64,000 bases of DNA from Candidatus Omnitrophota bacterium (GTDB lineage: Bacteria > Omnitrophota > Gorgyraeia > Gorgyraeales > Gorgyraeaceae). How positions within the stretch are numbered: position 1 is the stretch's first letter; every line of letters starts with the position of its first letter. Under the pieces are notes generated by a model that was given only the letters and a program-made list of their open reading frames with translations, was not told the DNA's origin and did not search any database. The stretch spans positions 3,453 through 67,452 of the forward strand of contig JBDRBM010000042.1 of assembly GCA_043822665.1 (NCBI GenBank), in the 5' to 3' direction. This document shows, one piece after another, positions 20,328 through 29,798 of this stretch. Both the position numbers and the translations under genes were made by a program.

Positions 20328-21080
20328 ATGATTGAGATAATAAATCTTTCAAAATCATTTGGAGATAATAAAGTGCTGGATAACCTGAACCTTACAATAA
20401 ATTTCGGCGAGGTAATGGTCATAATAGGCCGTTCCGGCTGCGGTAAGAGCGTGCTTTTAAAGCACATAATAGGGCTTCTTAAGCCAGATCTTGGCCAGGT
20501 ACTAATAGATAATAATGATATAACAAAGATAGATTATAAAGAACTGGATAAATTAAGATTAAGCTTTGGCATGCTTTTTCAGGGCGCAGCTTTATTTGAC
20601 TCTATGACAGTAAGTGAGAATGTAGGCTTTGCTTTAAGAGAGCATACCAAGACGGGAAAGGATCTTATCAGGGAAAAAGTTGCCATGGCCCTGGAGATGG
20701 TGGGGTTGAAAGGCATAGAGGAATTGATGCCGTCTGAGCTTAGCGGCGGCATGAGAAAACGCGTAGGCCTGGCCAGGGCCATATGCAATGACCCGAGAAT
20801 TATCTTGTATGACGAACCAACAACAGGGGTTGATCCCGTGATGGCAGATGCTGTAAATGAACTCATAATAGGCTTAAATCAAAAATTGAAAGTGACCTCT
20901 ATCGTGGTTACGCATGATATGGTAAGCGCCTATAAGATAGCTACCAGGATCGCTATGTTATATAAAGGCAAGATTATAGCTGTTGGGACTCCGGATGAGA
21001 TAAAAAATACAGAGGACCCTGTAGTAAGACAATTCATTACAGGGGCTTCGAAAGGGCCTATTACTGAAGAGAGCGACTAG
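20328..21080 (+). CDS. mlaF: MlaF-family ABC transporter ATP-binding protein
   Basis: Walker A GRSGCGKSV, signature LSGGMRKRVGLARA and Walker B ILYDEPTTGVDP. It is flanked by mlaE and mlaD. Confidence 0.85.
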   Translation: MIEIINLSKSFGDNKVLDNLNLTINFGEVMVIIGRSGCGKSVLLKHIIGLLKPDLGQVLIDNNDITKIDYKELDKLRLSFGMLFQGAALFDSMTVSENVGFALREHTKTGKDLIREKVAMALEMVGLKGIEELMPSELSGGMRKRVGLARAICNDPRIILYDEPTTGVDPVMADAVNELIIGLNQKLKVTSIVVTHDMVSAYKIATRIAMLYKGKIIAVGTPDEIKNTEDPVVRQFITGASKGPITEESD

Positions 21081-21117
21081 GATGTAACCTTTTCATTAAC
21101 TATACAGGAGGCAGACG

Positions 21118-21840
21118 ATGTTTACCAGATCAAATTTTGAACTTAAGGTTGGCATATTTATTTTTATAGGAATAGTCATCCTGTCGGTAATAGTATTTTC
21201 TATAGGTAATTTTTACAGTGTAAAGCGCGGCTATATGCTCAATGTTATTTTTAGCTTTGCCAACGGCATAAGCGTTGGCGCGCCTGTAAGGTATGCCGGA
21301 GTCGAGGTAGGCGAGGTTCAGGAGATAAATGTCTATTTTGACGAGGAAGAAAACAAACCAATGGTAAGCCTTCTTGCATGGGTGGCCCAGAATACATGGG
21401 TTAACGAAGACGCCGTAGCGACTATTAACACACTTGGCTTACTGGGCGAAAAATATCTTGAAATAACGCCTGGCACAAGGGAGACAAGGTTATTGGAGAA
21501 GGGCGATACGCTAAGAGGCCATGATCCTGTGTCGACCGAAGAACTTACCAGAGGGACACAGGCAACTCTCTTGAAGATAGAAAGCATGATAGAATCTATA
21601 GATAAGATCGTAGGAGACGAAGCCTTCAGCGCATCCATCAAAAATACTGTTTCCAATATCGAGTCCATGACCTTTAGCTTAAAAGATTTTATCAATAGCG
21701 CAAAAGAGGGCAAAGGCACTGTAGGCAGGTTTATGTCGGATGACTCATTGTATAGGCATATAGATGAAATGATACTTGATATAAAAGAACACCCCTGGAA
21801 ACTTTTGTATAGGCCGAGAGAAGACAAGAAGAAGAAATAA
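21118..21840 (+). CDS. mlaD: MlaD/MCE-domain protein
   Basis: An N-terminal TM anchor is followed by an MCE core ([22 protein letters not shown]). Confidence 0.8.
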   Translation: MFTRSNFELKVGIFIFIGIVILSVIVFSIGNFYSVKRGYMLNVIFSFANGISVGAPVRYAGVEVGEVQEINVYFDEEENKPMVSLLAWVAQNTWVNEDAVATINTLGLLGEKYLEITPGTRETRLLEKGDTLRGHDPVSTEELTRGTQATLLKIESMIESIDKIVGDEAFSASIKNTVSNIESMTFSLKDFINSAKEGKGTVGRFMSDDSLYRHIDEMILDIKEHPWKLLYRPREDKKKK

Positions 21841-21857
21841 AATTAGGAGGAAAAATA

Positions 21858-22877
21858 ATGACTTTAATATTCATGCGTGTTTTTTTTATAATACTTAGCA
21901 TAGTAGTAGGTTATCAGATAGGTTCGTTTGTGCAGATCGGTGATACTGATTTCAGCATGGTAGGCGGCGTAATAGGGTTTATAGCGGCGGCACTGATAAT
22001 ATTCTTTGAATTTATCATGAGGAAGGTTTCCGTAAGAGGGCTTTCGTCAGCTGTATTCGGCCTTATATTCGGCCTTATAATGGCTAAGCTTGTTTCTGAC
22101 ACGCTCGCGCTCATGCACCTTAACGAAACAGTATTTTATTCATTGCGCGTGGTGCTTACGCTAATATTTTGTTATCTGGGCATGATAGTGGCCATACGCG
22201 GCAGGGACGAGTTTAATATCATTGTCCCGTATGTAAAGTTTTCAAGGCAGGGCCAGAAAGATGAACTGGTAATCCTTGATACAAGCGTTATTATAGATGG
22301 CCGTATAGCGGACATATGCAACACAAATTTTCTGGAAGGCAAATTTGTGGTTCCGAGATTCGTCTTAAAGGAACTGCAGCAGATAGCTGATTCCAGCGAC
22401 TCTTTAAAGCGGGCACGCGGAAGGCGCGGCCTTGATATACTAGGGAAGCTGCAGAAAAATTCCCACATAGATATTAAGATACACAGTGAAGATTTTCAGG
22501 ATCTAAAAGAGGTGGATGCAAAGATTGTTAAACTTGCCAAGGTCCTGAGCGCGAAGGTTTTTACGAATGATTTTAATCTGAATAAGATTGCGGAGATACA
22601 GGGCGTGAGCGTATTGAACGTGAACGAGCTGGCCAATGCCTTGAGGCCTGTGGTACTGCCAGGAGAATTTCTTGAGATAAGGCTGATAAAGGAAGGCAAA
22701 GAGTACAATCAGGGCGTTGGGTACCTTGAGGACGGCACTATGGTGGTAGTGGATAACGGGAGAAGGCTTATAGGGCAGAGCGTACGTGTAGTTGTGGGAA
22801 GCGTGCTTCAAACCGCGGCAGGCAGAATGATATTCGGTAAGTTACCAGAGGACATAAAGAGAAATAATAAAAAATAA
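21858..22877 (+). CDS. yacL: PIN/TRAM-domain membrane protein, YacL-like
   Basis: Four N-terminal TM helices are followed by a PIN domain ([14 protein letters not shown]) and a C-terminal TRAM-like beta domain. It sits upstream of ispD-ispF, as in Bacillus. Confidence 0.7.
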   Translation: MTLIFMRVFFIILSIVVGYQIGSFVQIGDTDFSMVGGVIGFIAAALIIFFEFIMRKVSVRGLSSAVFGLIFGLIMAKLVSDTLALMHLNETVFYSLRVVLTLIFCYLGMIVAIRGRDEFNIIVPYVKFSRQGQKDELVILDTSVIIDGRIADICNTNFLEGKFVVPRFVLKELQQIADSSDSLKRARGRRGLDILGKLQKNSHIDIKIHSEDFQDLKEVDAKIVKLAKVLSAKVFTNDFNLNKIAEIQGVSVLNVNELANALRPVVLPGEFLEIRLIKEGKEYNQGVGYLEDGTMVVVDNGRRLIGQSVRVVVGSVLQTAAGRMIFGKLPEDIKRNNKK

Positions 22878-22936
22878 CATAGCCAAAAGCGCATGGAGCA
22901 CGGCAAAAGTCCGATATGCGATATGTGATATACGAT

Positions 22937-23623
22937 ATGCGAGTAGCTGCTATTGTTCCCGCCGCAGGCAAAGGCACAAGGATAAAATCAACAGTAGAAA
23001 AGCCTTATATAAATATTAATGGTAAACCTATACTTGCCTGGACATTATTACATCTTTCACGCAACAGCAAAATAAAGGAGATAATCGTCGCTGTAAATAA
23101 ACGCAAGATGCGCAGGGCACAACGCGACATAATAGACAGATACAAGATAAGGAAAGCAAGGCTTGTCGCGGGCGGCAAAGAAAGAAAAGATTCTGTTGCC
23201 AGGGCGTTAGAAAAGGTTTCATCCGATATGGATTATGTATTGATCCATGATGGAATCAGGCCTTTTGTAAACAGCAATTTGATAAATGCGTGCCTAAAGA
23301 CAGCGAAACGTTTCAAGGCGGCTGTAGCAGGTGTGCCTGTGAAGCCGACTTTGAAGATAGTCAAAGATGATCACCGCATTCATCATACGCCTGATAGGAA
23401 GGATTTCTGGGAGGCCCAGACCCCGCAGGTTTTCAAAAAGGAACTCATAAAAATGGCGTATAGAAAAGCTGCCGAAAAGGGGATTGACGCTACTGACGAT
23501 TCCGCGCTTGTGGAGGCGCTGGGCATGAGGCCAAAGATTGTCATGGGGTCATATAGTAATATAAAGATTACGACAAGGGAAGATCTGCAGCTGGCAAAGA
23601 TATTTAAAAAGGAGCTTTTATGA
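22937..23623 (+). CDS. ispD: 2-C-methyl-D-erythritol 4-phosphate cytidylyltransferase
   Basis: The AAIVPAAGKGTR glycine-rich loop is at the N-terminus. ATG 22937 is preferred, with an alternative in-frame ATG at 22916 inside a heptamer repeat. Confidence 0.88.
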   Translation: MRVAAIVPAAGKGTRIKSTVEKPYININGKPILAWTLLHLSRNSKIKEIIVAVNKRKMRRAQRDIIDRYKIRKARLVAGGKERKDSVARALEKVSSDMDYVLIHDGIRPFVNSNLINACLKTAKRFKAAVAGVPVKPTLKIVKDDHRIHHTPDRKDFWEAQTPQVFKKELIKMAYRKAAEKGIDATDDSALVEALGMRPKIVMGSYSNIKITTREDLQLAKIFKKELL

Positions 23624-24087
23624 GAGTAGGCATAGGTTATGATATTCATAGATTTGTTGATGAGCGGCTGCTCATGCTTGGCGGTATCGAGATCCCGCAT
23701 ATAAGAGGCCTTGAAGGCCATTCAGACGGAGACGCGCTTATACATGCGATATGCGATGCCATACTGGGCGCGGCCGGCATGGATGACATCGGCCACCAAT
23801 TTCCCGTGAATGACGATACCTACGCGGGCATAGCCAGCATAGAACTCCTGAAAAAAATAAGTCATATGATAAAGAAAAAGAATTATAAGGTAGATTATGT
23901 AGATTCTGTTATTATTTTGGAAGAGCCAAAGATAGCGCCTTTTAAAGACAGCATGAGGCAGGAGATAGCTATGGCGTTATGCATAGATAAAGACAAGATC
24001 AATATTAAGGCGACTACGCAGGAAGGGATAGGCGCTATAGGAAGAGGGGAGGCAATAGCGGCGTATGCGATTGCTTGTTTAGTTTGA
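23620..24087 (+). CDS. ispF: 2-C-methyl-D-erythritol 2,4-cyclodiphosphate synthase
   Basis: RVGIGYDIHRF and GHSDGDALIHAICDAILGA are zinc and substrate motifs of IspF. The start overlaps the ispD stop. Confidence 0.93.
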   Translation: MRVGIGYDIHRFVDERLLMLGGIEIPHIRGLEGHSDGDALIHAICDAILGAAGMDDIGHQFPVNDDTYAGIASIELLKKISHMIKKKNYKVDYVDSVIILEEPKIAPFKDSMRQEIAMALCIDKDKINIKATTQEGIGAIGRGEAIAAYAIACLV

Positions 24088-24088
24088 T

Positions 24089-25492
24089 ATGAAAATATAT
24101 AACACGCTTACAAGAAAAAAGGAAGTATTCAGGCCGCTCGAAGAAGGCAGGATTGGAATGTATGTCTGCGGGCCTACTGTTTATGATGAGCCGCATATAG
24201 GCCATGCCAGAAGCGCTTACATATTTGATGTCATACGCCGGTATTTCATATACAGAGGGTACAGGGTTAAATTCGTGAGGAATGTTACGGATGTTGACGA
24301 TAAGATAATTGATAAGGCAAAAGAAGAGTTTAAAGGGGAAGACATAAGTATTGCCGTAAAAAAGGTCTCTATGAAATATCTAGAGATATATCATAAATAC
24401 ATGAGCGCTTTAAATATCATGCCTCCGGATAGAGAGCCTAAGGCTACCAAATATATAGGGAAGATGAAAGATTTTATTAAGGACTTGATTGAAAATGGAG
24501 TTGCTTACGAATCAGGCGGAGACGTATATTTTGATATAAAGAGAACCAAAGATTACGGAAAATTGTCTAATCAGAGCCTTGAAATGCTTGAGTCAGGGGT
24601 AAGGATTGTGCCGGGTGAAAATAAAAAAGATCCGCTTGATTTTGCCCTGTGGAAAACAGCCAAGGAAGATGAGATTTCATGGAAGAGCCCGTGGGGATCC
24701 GGCAGGCCCGGCTGGCATATAGAATGTTCCGTAATGAGTTCGGATATCCTTGGCGATGAGTTTGATATACACGGCGGAGGCATAGACCTTATTTTCCCGC
24801 ACCACGAAAATGAACTTGCCCAGTCAGAGGGCGCGGATAAGAAGTTTGCCCGCTACTGGATACATAACGGCCTTTTAACCATTAATAAAGAGAAAATGGC
24901 AAAATCGCTTGGGAATTTTATTACGATAGAGAGTGTATTAAATAAATATCCAGCCGATGTCCTGAAGATTTTATTTTTACAGGCTCACTATTCTCATCCA
25001 GTTGATTTTTCATGGGAAAAAATGGAAGAAGCAAAAAAGGCTTATGAAAGAATCAGCATCTTAAGAGATAGATTAAAGAAAGTGAAATTTCATGAAAAGG
25101 CAGGCCGGCAAGGAACAATAGATACCTTGCGGTTTGAACAAATCTTTAGAGAATCAATGGATGACGACTTTAATACCCCAAAGGCTTTAGCCGTGGTTTT
25201 TGATATGATTAAGATGGCCAATAATACTATAGATGGTGAGGATAAATCGAAGATGTTTATTTTAAAACATACTACGAAGACATTAGAGAAGTTTTTCAGT
25301 GTTTTTGGTTTAACATTCAAAGAGAAGAAAGCGCCAATATCAGAAAAAGAAATTAAAGATTTAATTGTCTTGAGAAATAAAGCCAGGGAGAAAAAAGATT
25401 TCAAGGAGGCAGACAGGATCAGGGAGAAGCTGAGAGAGGCTGGTATAATCCTGGAGGACCAAAAAAAAGGCACATCATGGAGGCTAAAATAG
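24089..25492 (+). CDS. cysS: cysteine--tRNA ligase
   Basis: A HIGH motif (EPHIGHARS) and a KMSKS variant (KMAKSLGN) are present, with the zinc-site context WHIECS. Confidence 0.93.
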   Translation: MKIYNTLTRKKEVFRPLEEGRIGMYVCGPTVYDEPHIGHARSAYIFDVIRRYFIYRGYRVKFVRNVTDVDDKIIDKAKEEFKGEDISIAVKKVSMKYLEIYHKYMSALNIMPPDREPKATKYIGKMKDFIKDLIENGVAYESGGDVYFDIKRTKDYGKLSNQSLEMLESGVRIVPGENKKDPLDFALWKTAKEDEISWKSPWGSGRPGWHIECSVMSSDILGDEFDIHGGGIDLIFPHHENELAQSEGADKKFARYWIHNGLLTINKEKMAKSLGNFITIESVLNKYPADVLKILFLQAHYSHPVDFSWEKMEEAKKAYERISILRDRLKKVKFHEKAGRQGTIDTLRFEQIFRESMDDDFNTPKALAVVFDMIKMANNTIDGEDKSKMFILKHTTKTLEKFFSVFGLTFKEKKAPISEKEIKDLIVLRNKAREKKDFKEADRIREKLREAGIILEDQKKGTSWRLK

Positions 25493-25507
25493 CTGAATAG
25501 GGGTATT

Positions 25508-26140
25508 ATGAGAAAGAGAGGAGTGTTTATAACTTTTGAGGGGCCTGAGGGCAGCGGCAAGACCACGCATTCAAAGCTGCTGGTTGATTTTTTGAGAAAG
25601 GACGGCCGCGGGGTTGTGCATACGCGAGAACCAGGCGGGACCTTTATCAGCGAAAAGATACGTAAAATCTTATTGGATCCAGAACATAAAGAGATGGATG
25701 TAATATGCGAGATGCTGCTTTATATGGCTGCCAGGTCCCAGATAATAAAGGAGAAGATAATGCCTGCGCTGGATACGGGAAATATAGTGATATGTGATAG
25801 GTTTATAGATGCCACAATAGCCTATCAGGGGCATGCCGGGGGGCTCGATGTAAAGATTATAAAAAACATAGGCAGGCTAGTCACAAAAGGCATATCTCCG
25901 GACCTGACAATTCTATTCGATATAGACGCTAAGAAAGGCCTGGCGAGGGCCGGCAAGGATAAAGACAGAATAGAAAAAAAGCCGCTTATATATCACGAAA
26001 AGGTGAGAAGAGGATATTTGTCTATAGCGCGAAAAGAGCCTCGAAGGGTGAAGATTATTAGTGCCCTTGGGGATATAACCGAGACGCAGGGTGAAATTAG
26101 AAATATAGTTTCAAGATTACTATGTCGTTTGAAAATATAA
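25508..26140 (+). CDS. tmk: thymidylate kinase
   Basis: P-loop FITFEGPEGSGKTT and the DRF motif (ICDRFIDATIAYQG). Confidence 0.9.
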   Translation: MRKRGVFITFEGPEGSGKTTHSKLLVDFLRKDGRGVVHTREPGGTFISEKIRKILLDPEHKEMDVICEMLLYMAARSQIIKEKIMPALDTGNIVICDRFIDATIAYQGHAGGLDVKIIKNIGRLVTKGISPDLTILFDIDAKKGLARAGKDKDRIEKKPLIYHEKVRRGYLSIARKEPRRVKIISALGDITETQGEIRNIVSRLLCRLKI

Positions 26141-27090
26141 TAGGACAGGATACAGCAATAAAGGCCTTGAAAGGCATAATAGCGCAGAGTCAGCTGGTAG
26201 GTTCCTACCTTTTTATTGGGCCTGACGGTGTGGGAAAGCGAACTGCGGCTATTGCGTTGGCAAAGGCAGTAAATTGCGCGAGAGAGACACGTAATGACAC
26301 ATGTGATTGCGCTTCTTGTAGAAAAATAGATTCCGGGAATCACCCCGATGTCTTTGTAATTACCCATGAAGACAAATCAACCAGTATAAAAATCGATAAG
26401 ATTAGGGATATTATTTACGAAGCAAGCTTAAAGCCTTACGAGGGCAGGAAGAGGATTTTTATTGTAACTGACGCGGAGACAATGACGGAAGAGGCGCAAA
26501 ACGCCATTTTAAAGCTTTTAGAAGAACCGCCGCGTAACCATATATTAGTGCTGACATCTTCTAATGCGGAAGGGATACTCTCCACAGTGCTTTCCAGGTG
26601 CAAGGTTTTAAAGTTTTACAATCTGGACAAAGAGAAGATCCAAGAGTTTCTCAAGTCTCGCGATATAGAGGACAAGGAAGCCGGTTTATTCGCGCATATG
26701 GCAATGGGAAGCCTAGGAAAGGCGCTGGCCTTTAAAGAAAAAGATATGATGAGAAGGAGAGATTGTCTTCTGAACAATTTCTTTTTCAGGAAAAGCGCTT
26801 TATTACGCGAAGATTTATTAACAGAAGATATTGGCGAGGACAAAGAAGAGGGGCTATATCTCCTTTTATGCTGGTACCGCGATCTTTTGGTTTCCAAGTT
26901 GACGCGGGAAGAGGGAGAATTATTTAATATTGATCGTTCGCGAGAAATAGCTTCTTATGCTCAGAGATTTTCTAAAGATAAATTAGAACACGACATATCA
27001 GTTATTATAGATACCATTGAATATATACGTAGGAACGTAAATCCCAAGATAGCGCTTTTTAACATGGCTGTGGAACTTAAACGGAGTTAA
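26122..27090 (+). CDS. holB: DNA polymerase III delta-prime subunit
   Basis: AAA+-like GPDGVGKRTAA, a zinc module CDCASCRKIDSGNHPD and the clamp-loader box LKLLEEPP. Confidence 0.85.
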   Translation: MSFENIIGQDTAIKALKGIIAQSQLVGSYLFIGPDGVGKRTAAIALAKAVNCARETRNDTCDCASCRKIDSGNHPDVFVITHEDKSTSIKIDKIRDIIYEASLKPYEGRKRIFIVTDAETMTEEAQNAILKLLEEPPRNHILVLTSSNAEGILSTVLSRCKVLKFYNLDKEKIQEFLKSRDIEDKEAGLFAHMAMGSLGKALAFKEKDMMRRRDCLLNNFFFRKSALLREDLLTEDIGEDKEEGLYLLLCWYRDLLVSKLTREEGELFNIDRSREIASYAQRFSKDKLEHDISVIIDTIEYIRRNVNPKIALFNMAVELKRS

Positions 27091-27091
27091 T

Positions 27092-27877
27092 ATGCAGGAA
27101 GCTATACAGGTAAGAATGAGAGAGACCGGAAACATTGTTTATTATGAAAAAGGTGACATACACCCTAAGATAGGGGATTATGTAATTATCGAGGTTGAGC
27201 GCGGGCATGACTACGGCCAGGTGACAGGAGAGCCTGAAATGATTCTGGAGGCTGACCTTGCCAAGCCCTTTAAAAAGATCATACGTATAGCCACAAAAGA
27301 AGATATTGCCAGGATCAAAGAGAATAAGAGCCGCATAAAAAGCGCATTTCAGACCTGTGCCATAAAAATTCAAGAGCGCAAGCTGGACATGAAACTGATA
27401 GACGCGGAATATTCCTTTGACAGATCAAAACTTATCTTCTATTTTACCTCGGAAGGCCGGGTCGATTTCAGAGAGTTGGTAAAAGACTTGGCGCACATCT
27501 TCAAGGTCAGGATAGAGATGAGACAGATCGGCGTCAGGGATGAAGCAAGGATGCTCGGCGGATTTGGCCATTGCGGAAGGCCTTTATGCTGCGCGAGCTT
27601 CCTGAAAAACTTTGAACCAGTGACAATAAGGATGGCCAAGGAACAAAACTTACCGCTTAACCCTTCTAAGATCTCGGGTTGCTGCGGAAGATTGATGTGC
27701 TGTCTCGGGTATGAATTTCAGACCTACAAAAAATATTCAAAGGGCCTTCCCAGGGAAGGGGATAAGATAAAGACAAAGGAAGGCAAGGGAAAAGTTGTAA
27801 GCGTCAATGTGCTTAAGCGCAAGGTGATGGTTGTGTTAGAAGAGGGTAAGCAGATAGAGCTGGATTACAATAAATAG
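27092..27877 (+). CDS. yaaT: PSP1-domain protein (YaaT/RicT-like)
   Basis: A PSP1 core is present (DYGQV...FYFTSEGRVDFRELVKDLA..F..RIEMRQIGVRDEA) with a Cys cluster (CGRPLCC..CCGRLMCC). It follows tmk-holB, as in Bacillus. Confidence 0.85.
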   Translation: MQEAIQVRMRETGNIVYYEKGDIHPKIGDYVIIEVERGHDYGQVTGEPEMILEADLAKPFKKIIRIATKEDIARIKENKSRIKSAFQTCAIKIQERKLDMKLIDAEYSFDRSKLIFYFTSEGRVDFRELVKDLAHIFKVRIEMRQIGVRDEARMLGGFGHCGRPLCCASFLKNFEPVTIRMAKEQNLPLNPSKISGCCGRLMCCLGYEFQTYKKYSKGLPREGDKIKTKEGKGKVVSVNVLKRKVMVVLEEGKQIELDYNK

Positions 27878-27965
27878 GTACTGGTAACCCGTAACCAGGA
27901 ATTTTTTAAACAAAAAAATTAATTTCCAGGTCGCTAGTTTTGGGGTAGTCGCAAAGCTTGCTTTG

Positions 27966-28221
27966 CCTAACTTGATAGTATAGGAATTTCCTTTTTGTAG
28001 GCACACATTAGTAGGGGGCCCTTAATGGTCCCCTACTAATGTGCTTAACTTAATATCTTAGAAGCGTAAATTTATATAATAGGAAATTCCTTTTTAAGTC
28101 GTTGTAGGGGCGTCATTTATGGCGCCCGTTGATGCGGGTCGGATGAATCCGACCCCTACAAAGTTTGCCCGAAGGGCGTTAAATTTACAAAATGTGGCAT
28201 GTAAGAATTGTCAAGTTGAGC
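27966..28221 (+). repeat. modular MITE/BOX-like repeat, composite copy A (two left ends, an embedded REP palindrome, full internal modules, right end)
   Basis: The order is: CCTAACTTGATAGTATAGGAATTTCCTTTTT; palindrome 28004-28043; a second left end CTTAACTT..AGGAAATTCCTTTTTAAGTCGTTGTAGGGGCGTCATTTATGGCGCCCGTTGATGCGGGTCGGATGAATCCGACCCCTACAAAGTTTGCCCGAAGGGCGTTAAATTTAC; and finally TGTAAGAATTGTCAAGTTGAG. Confidence 0.85.
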
Positions 28222-28243
28222 TTTAAGATGTGATACGATTAAT

Positions 28244-29779
28244 ATGAAATTTTATATTACTACTCCGCTATACTACGTTAACGGTAATCCTCATATAGGC
28301 CACTCCTATACCAATATAGCATGTGACGTGCTTGCCAGGTTTAAGAGGGCTCAGGGTGCGGAAGTATTATTTGTTACAGGGACAGATGAGCATGGCCAGA
28401 AGATTAAGGAGGCAGCTGAGGCGCATGGTATGGAGCCAAGGGCATTTGTGGACACAATTGCGCCCCGTTTTAAAGAGCTGTGGAAAAAACTCAATATCTC
28501 TTACGACGATTTTATCCGCACAACGGAAAAGAGGCACGAAGAGGTTGTCGAGAAGCTTTTACAGATGTTTTATGAGAGCGGTGATTTATATGAAGGAGAA
28601 TACAGCGGCTGGTATTGTACGCCATGTGAGAGTTTTTGGACAAAGGCCCAGCTTATTGAGGACAATTGCCCGGATTGCAATAGGCCTGTTGAACACATCA
28701 AGGAGAAGAATTTCTTTTTCAGGCTTTCAAAGTACCAAAAGTGGCTTATAGATTATATTGACTCACACGAAGATTTTATATTACCTGTTATAAGGAGAAA
28801 TGAAATATTAAGTTTCCTGAAAAATCCTCTGAATGACCTGTGTATCTCAAGGCCAAGGACCAGGCTTTCATGGGGAGTGAGCGTGCCTTTCAGTGGAGAC
28901 CATGTTACATATGTATGGTTCGATGCCCTTATAAATTATATAAGCGTCTGCGGTTATGGCGATGACGCGGCGAAGTTCAAGAAATTTTGGCCTGCTGATG
29001 TGCACATGATTGGCAAGGATATACTCAGGCCCCATGCTGTTTACTGGCCTTGCATGCTTCACGCGGCAGGGCTCCAGCTTCCAAAGACAATATTCGCGCA
29101 TGGCTGGTGGAAGATTGGCGGGGACAAGATGTCAAAATCCAAGGGAAATATAGTGAATCCCGAGGAGATGGTTGACAGGTTCGGCGTGGATGCCTATAGA
29201 TTCTTCCTTTTAAGAGAGGTCCCTTTTGGCATGGACGGTTCCTTTTCAGAATCCGCGCTTATCGGAAGGATCAATAGCGACCTGGCGAATGACCTCGGAA
29301 ATCTCCTCTACAGGACATTATCCATGATAGAAAAATATTGTTCAGGCGTGGTGCCTGACAGAAGAGACATTGGGACATCAGACGAGATTACAGTGTCTAT
29401 GATTGATACAGCAGGAAAACTAGGATCTGAAATAACAGCGGCGATGGATAAAATAGATTTTAGCCAGGCCCTTTCAGCCGTGTGGCGATTGATAAACAAA
29501 GCCAATAAGTTCATAGAAGAGAAGGCGCCGTGGAAATTATACAAGGAGAGCAAGACCGATGAACTTAAGGATATGATGTATGACCTCTATGAAGTTCTGA
29601 GGATAGTCTCTGTAGTTTTATGGCCATTTTTACCAGCTGCTTCTAGAGAGATGGCGGTGCAGCTTGGGCTTGAAGATCCAGGAAAGAGGAGCTTGAAACT
29701 GCTTTCATGGGGCCATGCTAAACCAGGCACAAAGATTAACAAGGGGAAACCATTGTTCCCAAGAATAGAAACATTTTAA
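28244..29779 (+). CDS. metG: methionine--tRNA ligase (short form without the C-terminal tRNA-binding domain)
   Basis: A HIGH motif (NGNPHIGHSY), KMSKS (DKMSKSKGN) and a zinc knuckle (CTPCESF..CPDC) are present. The protein is 511 aa. Confidence 0.93.
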   Translation: MKFYITTPLYYVNGNPHIGHSYTNIACDVLARFKRAQGAEVLFVTGTDEHGQKIKEAAEAHGMEPRAFVDTIAPRFKELWKKLNISYDDFIRTTEKRHEEVVEKLLQMFYESGDLYEGEYSGWYCTPCESFWTKAQLIEDNCPDCNRPVEHIKEKNFFFRLSKYQKWLIDYIDSHEDFILPVIRRNEILSFLKNPLNDLCISRPRTRLSWGVSVPFSGDHVTYVWFDALINYISVCGYGDDAAKFKKFWPADVHMIGKDILRPHAVYWPCMLHAAGLQLPKTIFAHGWWKIGGDKMSKSKGNIVNPEEMVDRFGVDAYRFFLLREVPFGMDGSFSESALIGRINSDLANDLGNLLYRTLSMIEKYCSGVVPDRRDIGTSDEITVSMIDTAGKLGSEITAAMDKIDFSQALSAVWRLINKANKFIEEKAPWKLYKESKTDELKDMMYDLYEVLRIVSVVLWPFLPAASREMAVQLGLEDPGKRSLKLLSWGHAKPGTKINKGKPLFPRIETF

Positions 29780-29798
29780 AGCTTACGAGGATTTTAAA

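Noticed and set aside
28209-28243. The right end of the modular repeat as a mobile outward-facing promoter (TTGTCA lies 23-35 nt upstream of the metG, tsaE, pilD and queE starts).
   Set aside because: No consistent -10 hexamer lies at 16-18 nt spacing in any of the four copies, and the distance to the start codons is too short and too variable. I keep it only as an orientation-bias observation.
28323-28751. 142-aa plus-strand ORF in an alternative frame inside metG.
   Set aside because: It lies entirely within the conserved MetRS catalytic domain, its product is Arg-rich and nonsensical, and it has no independent start context.
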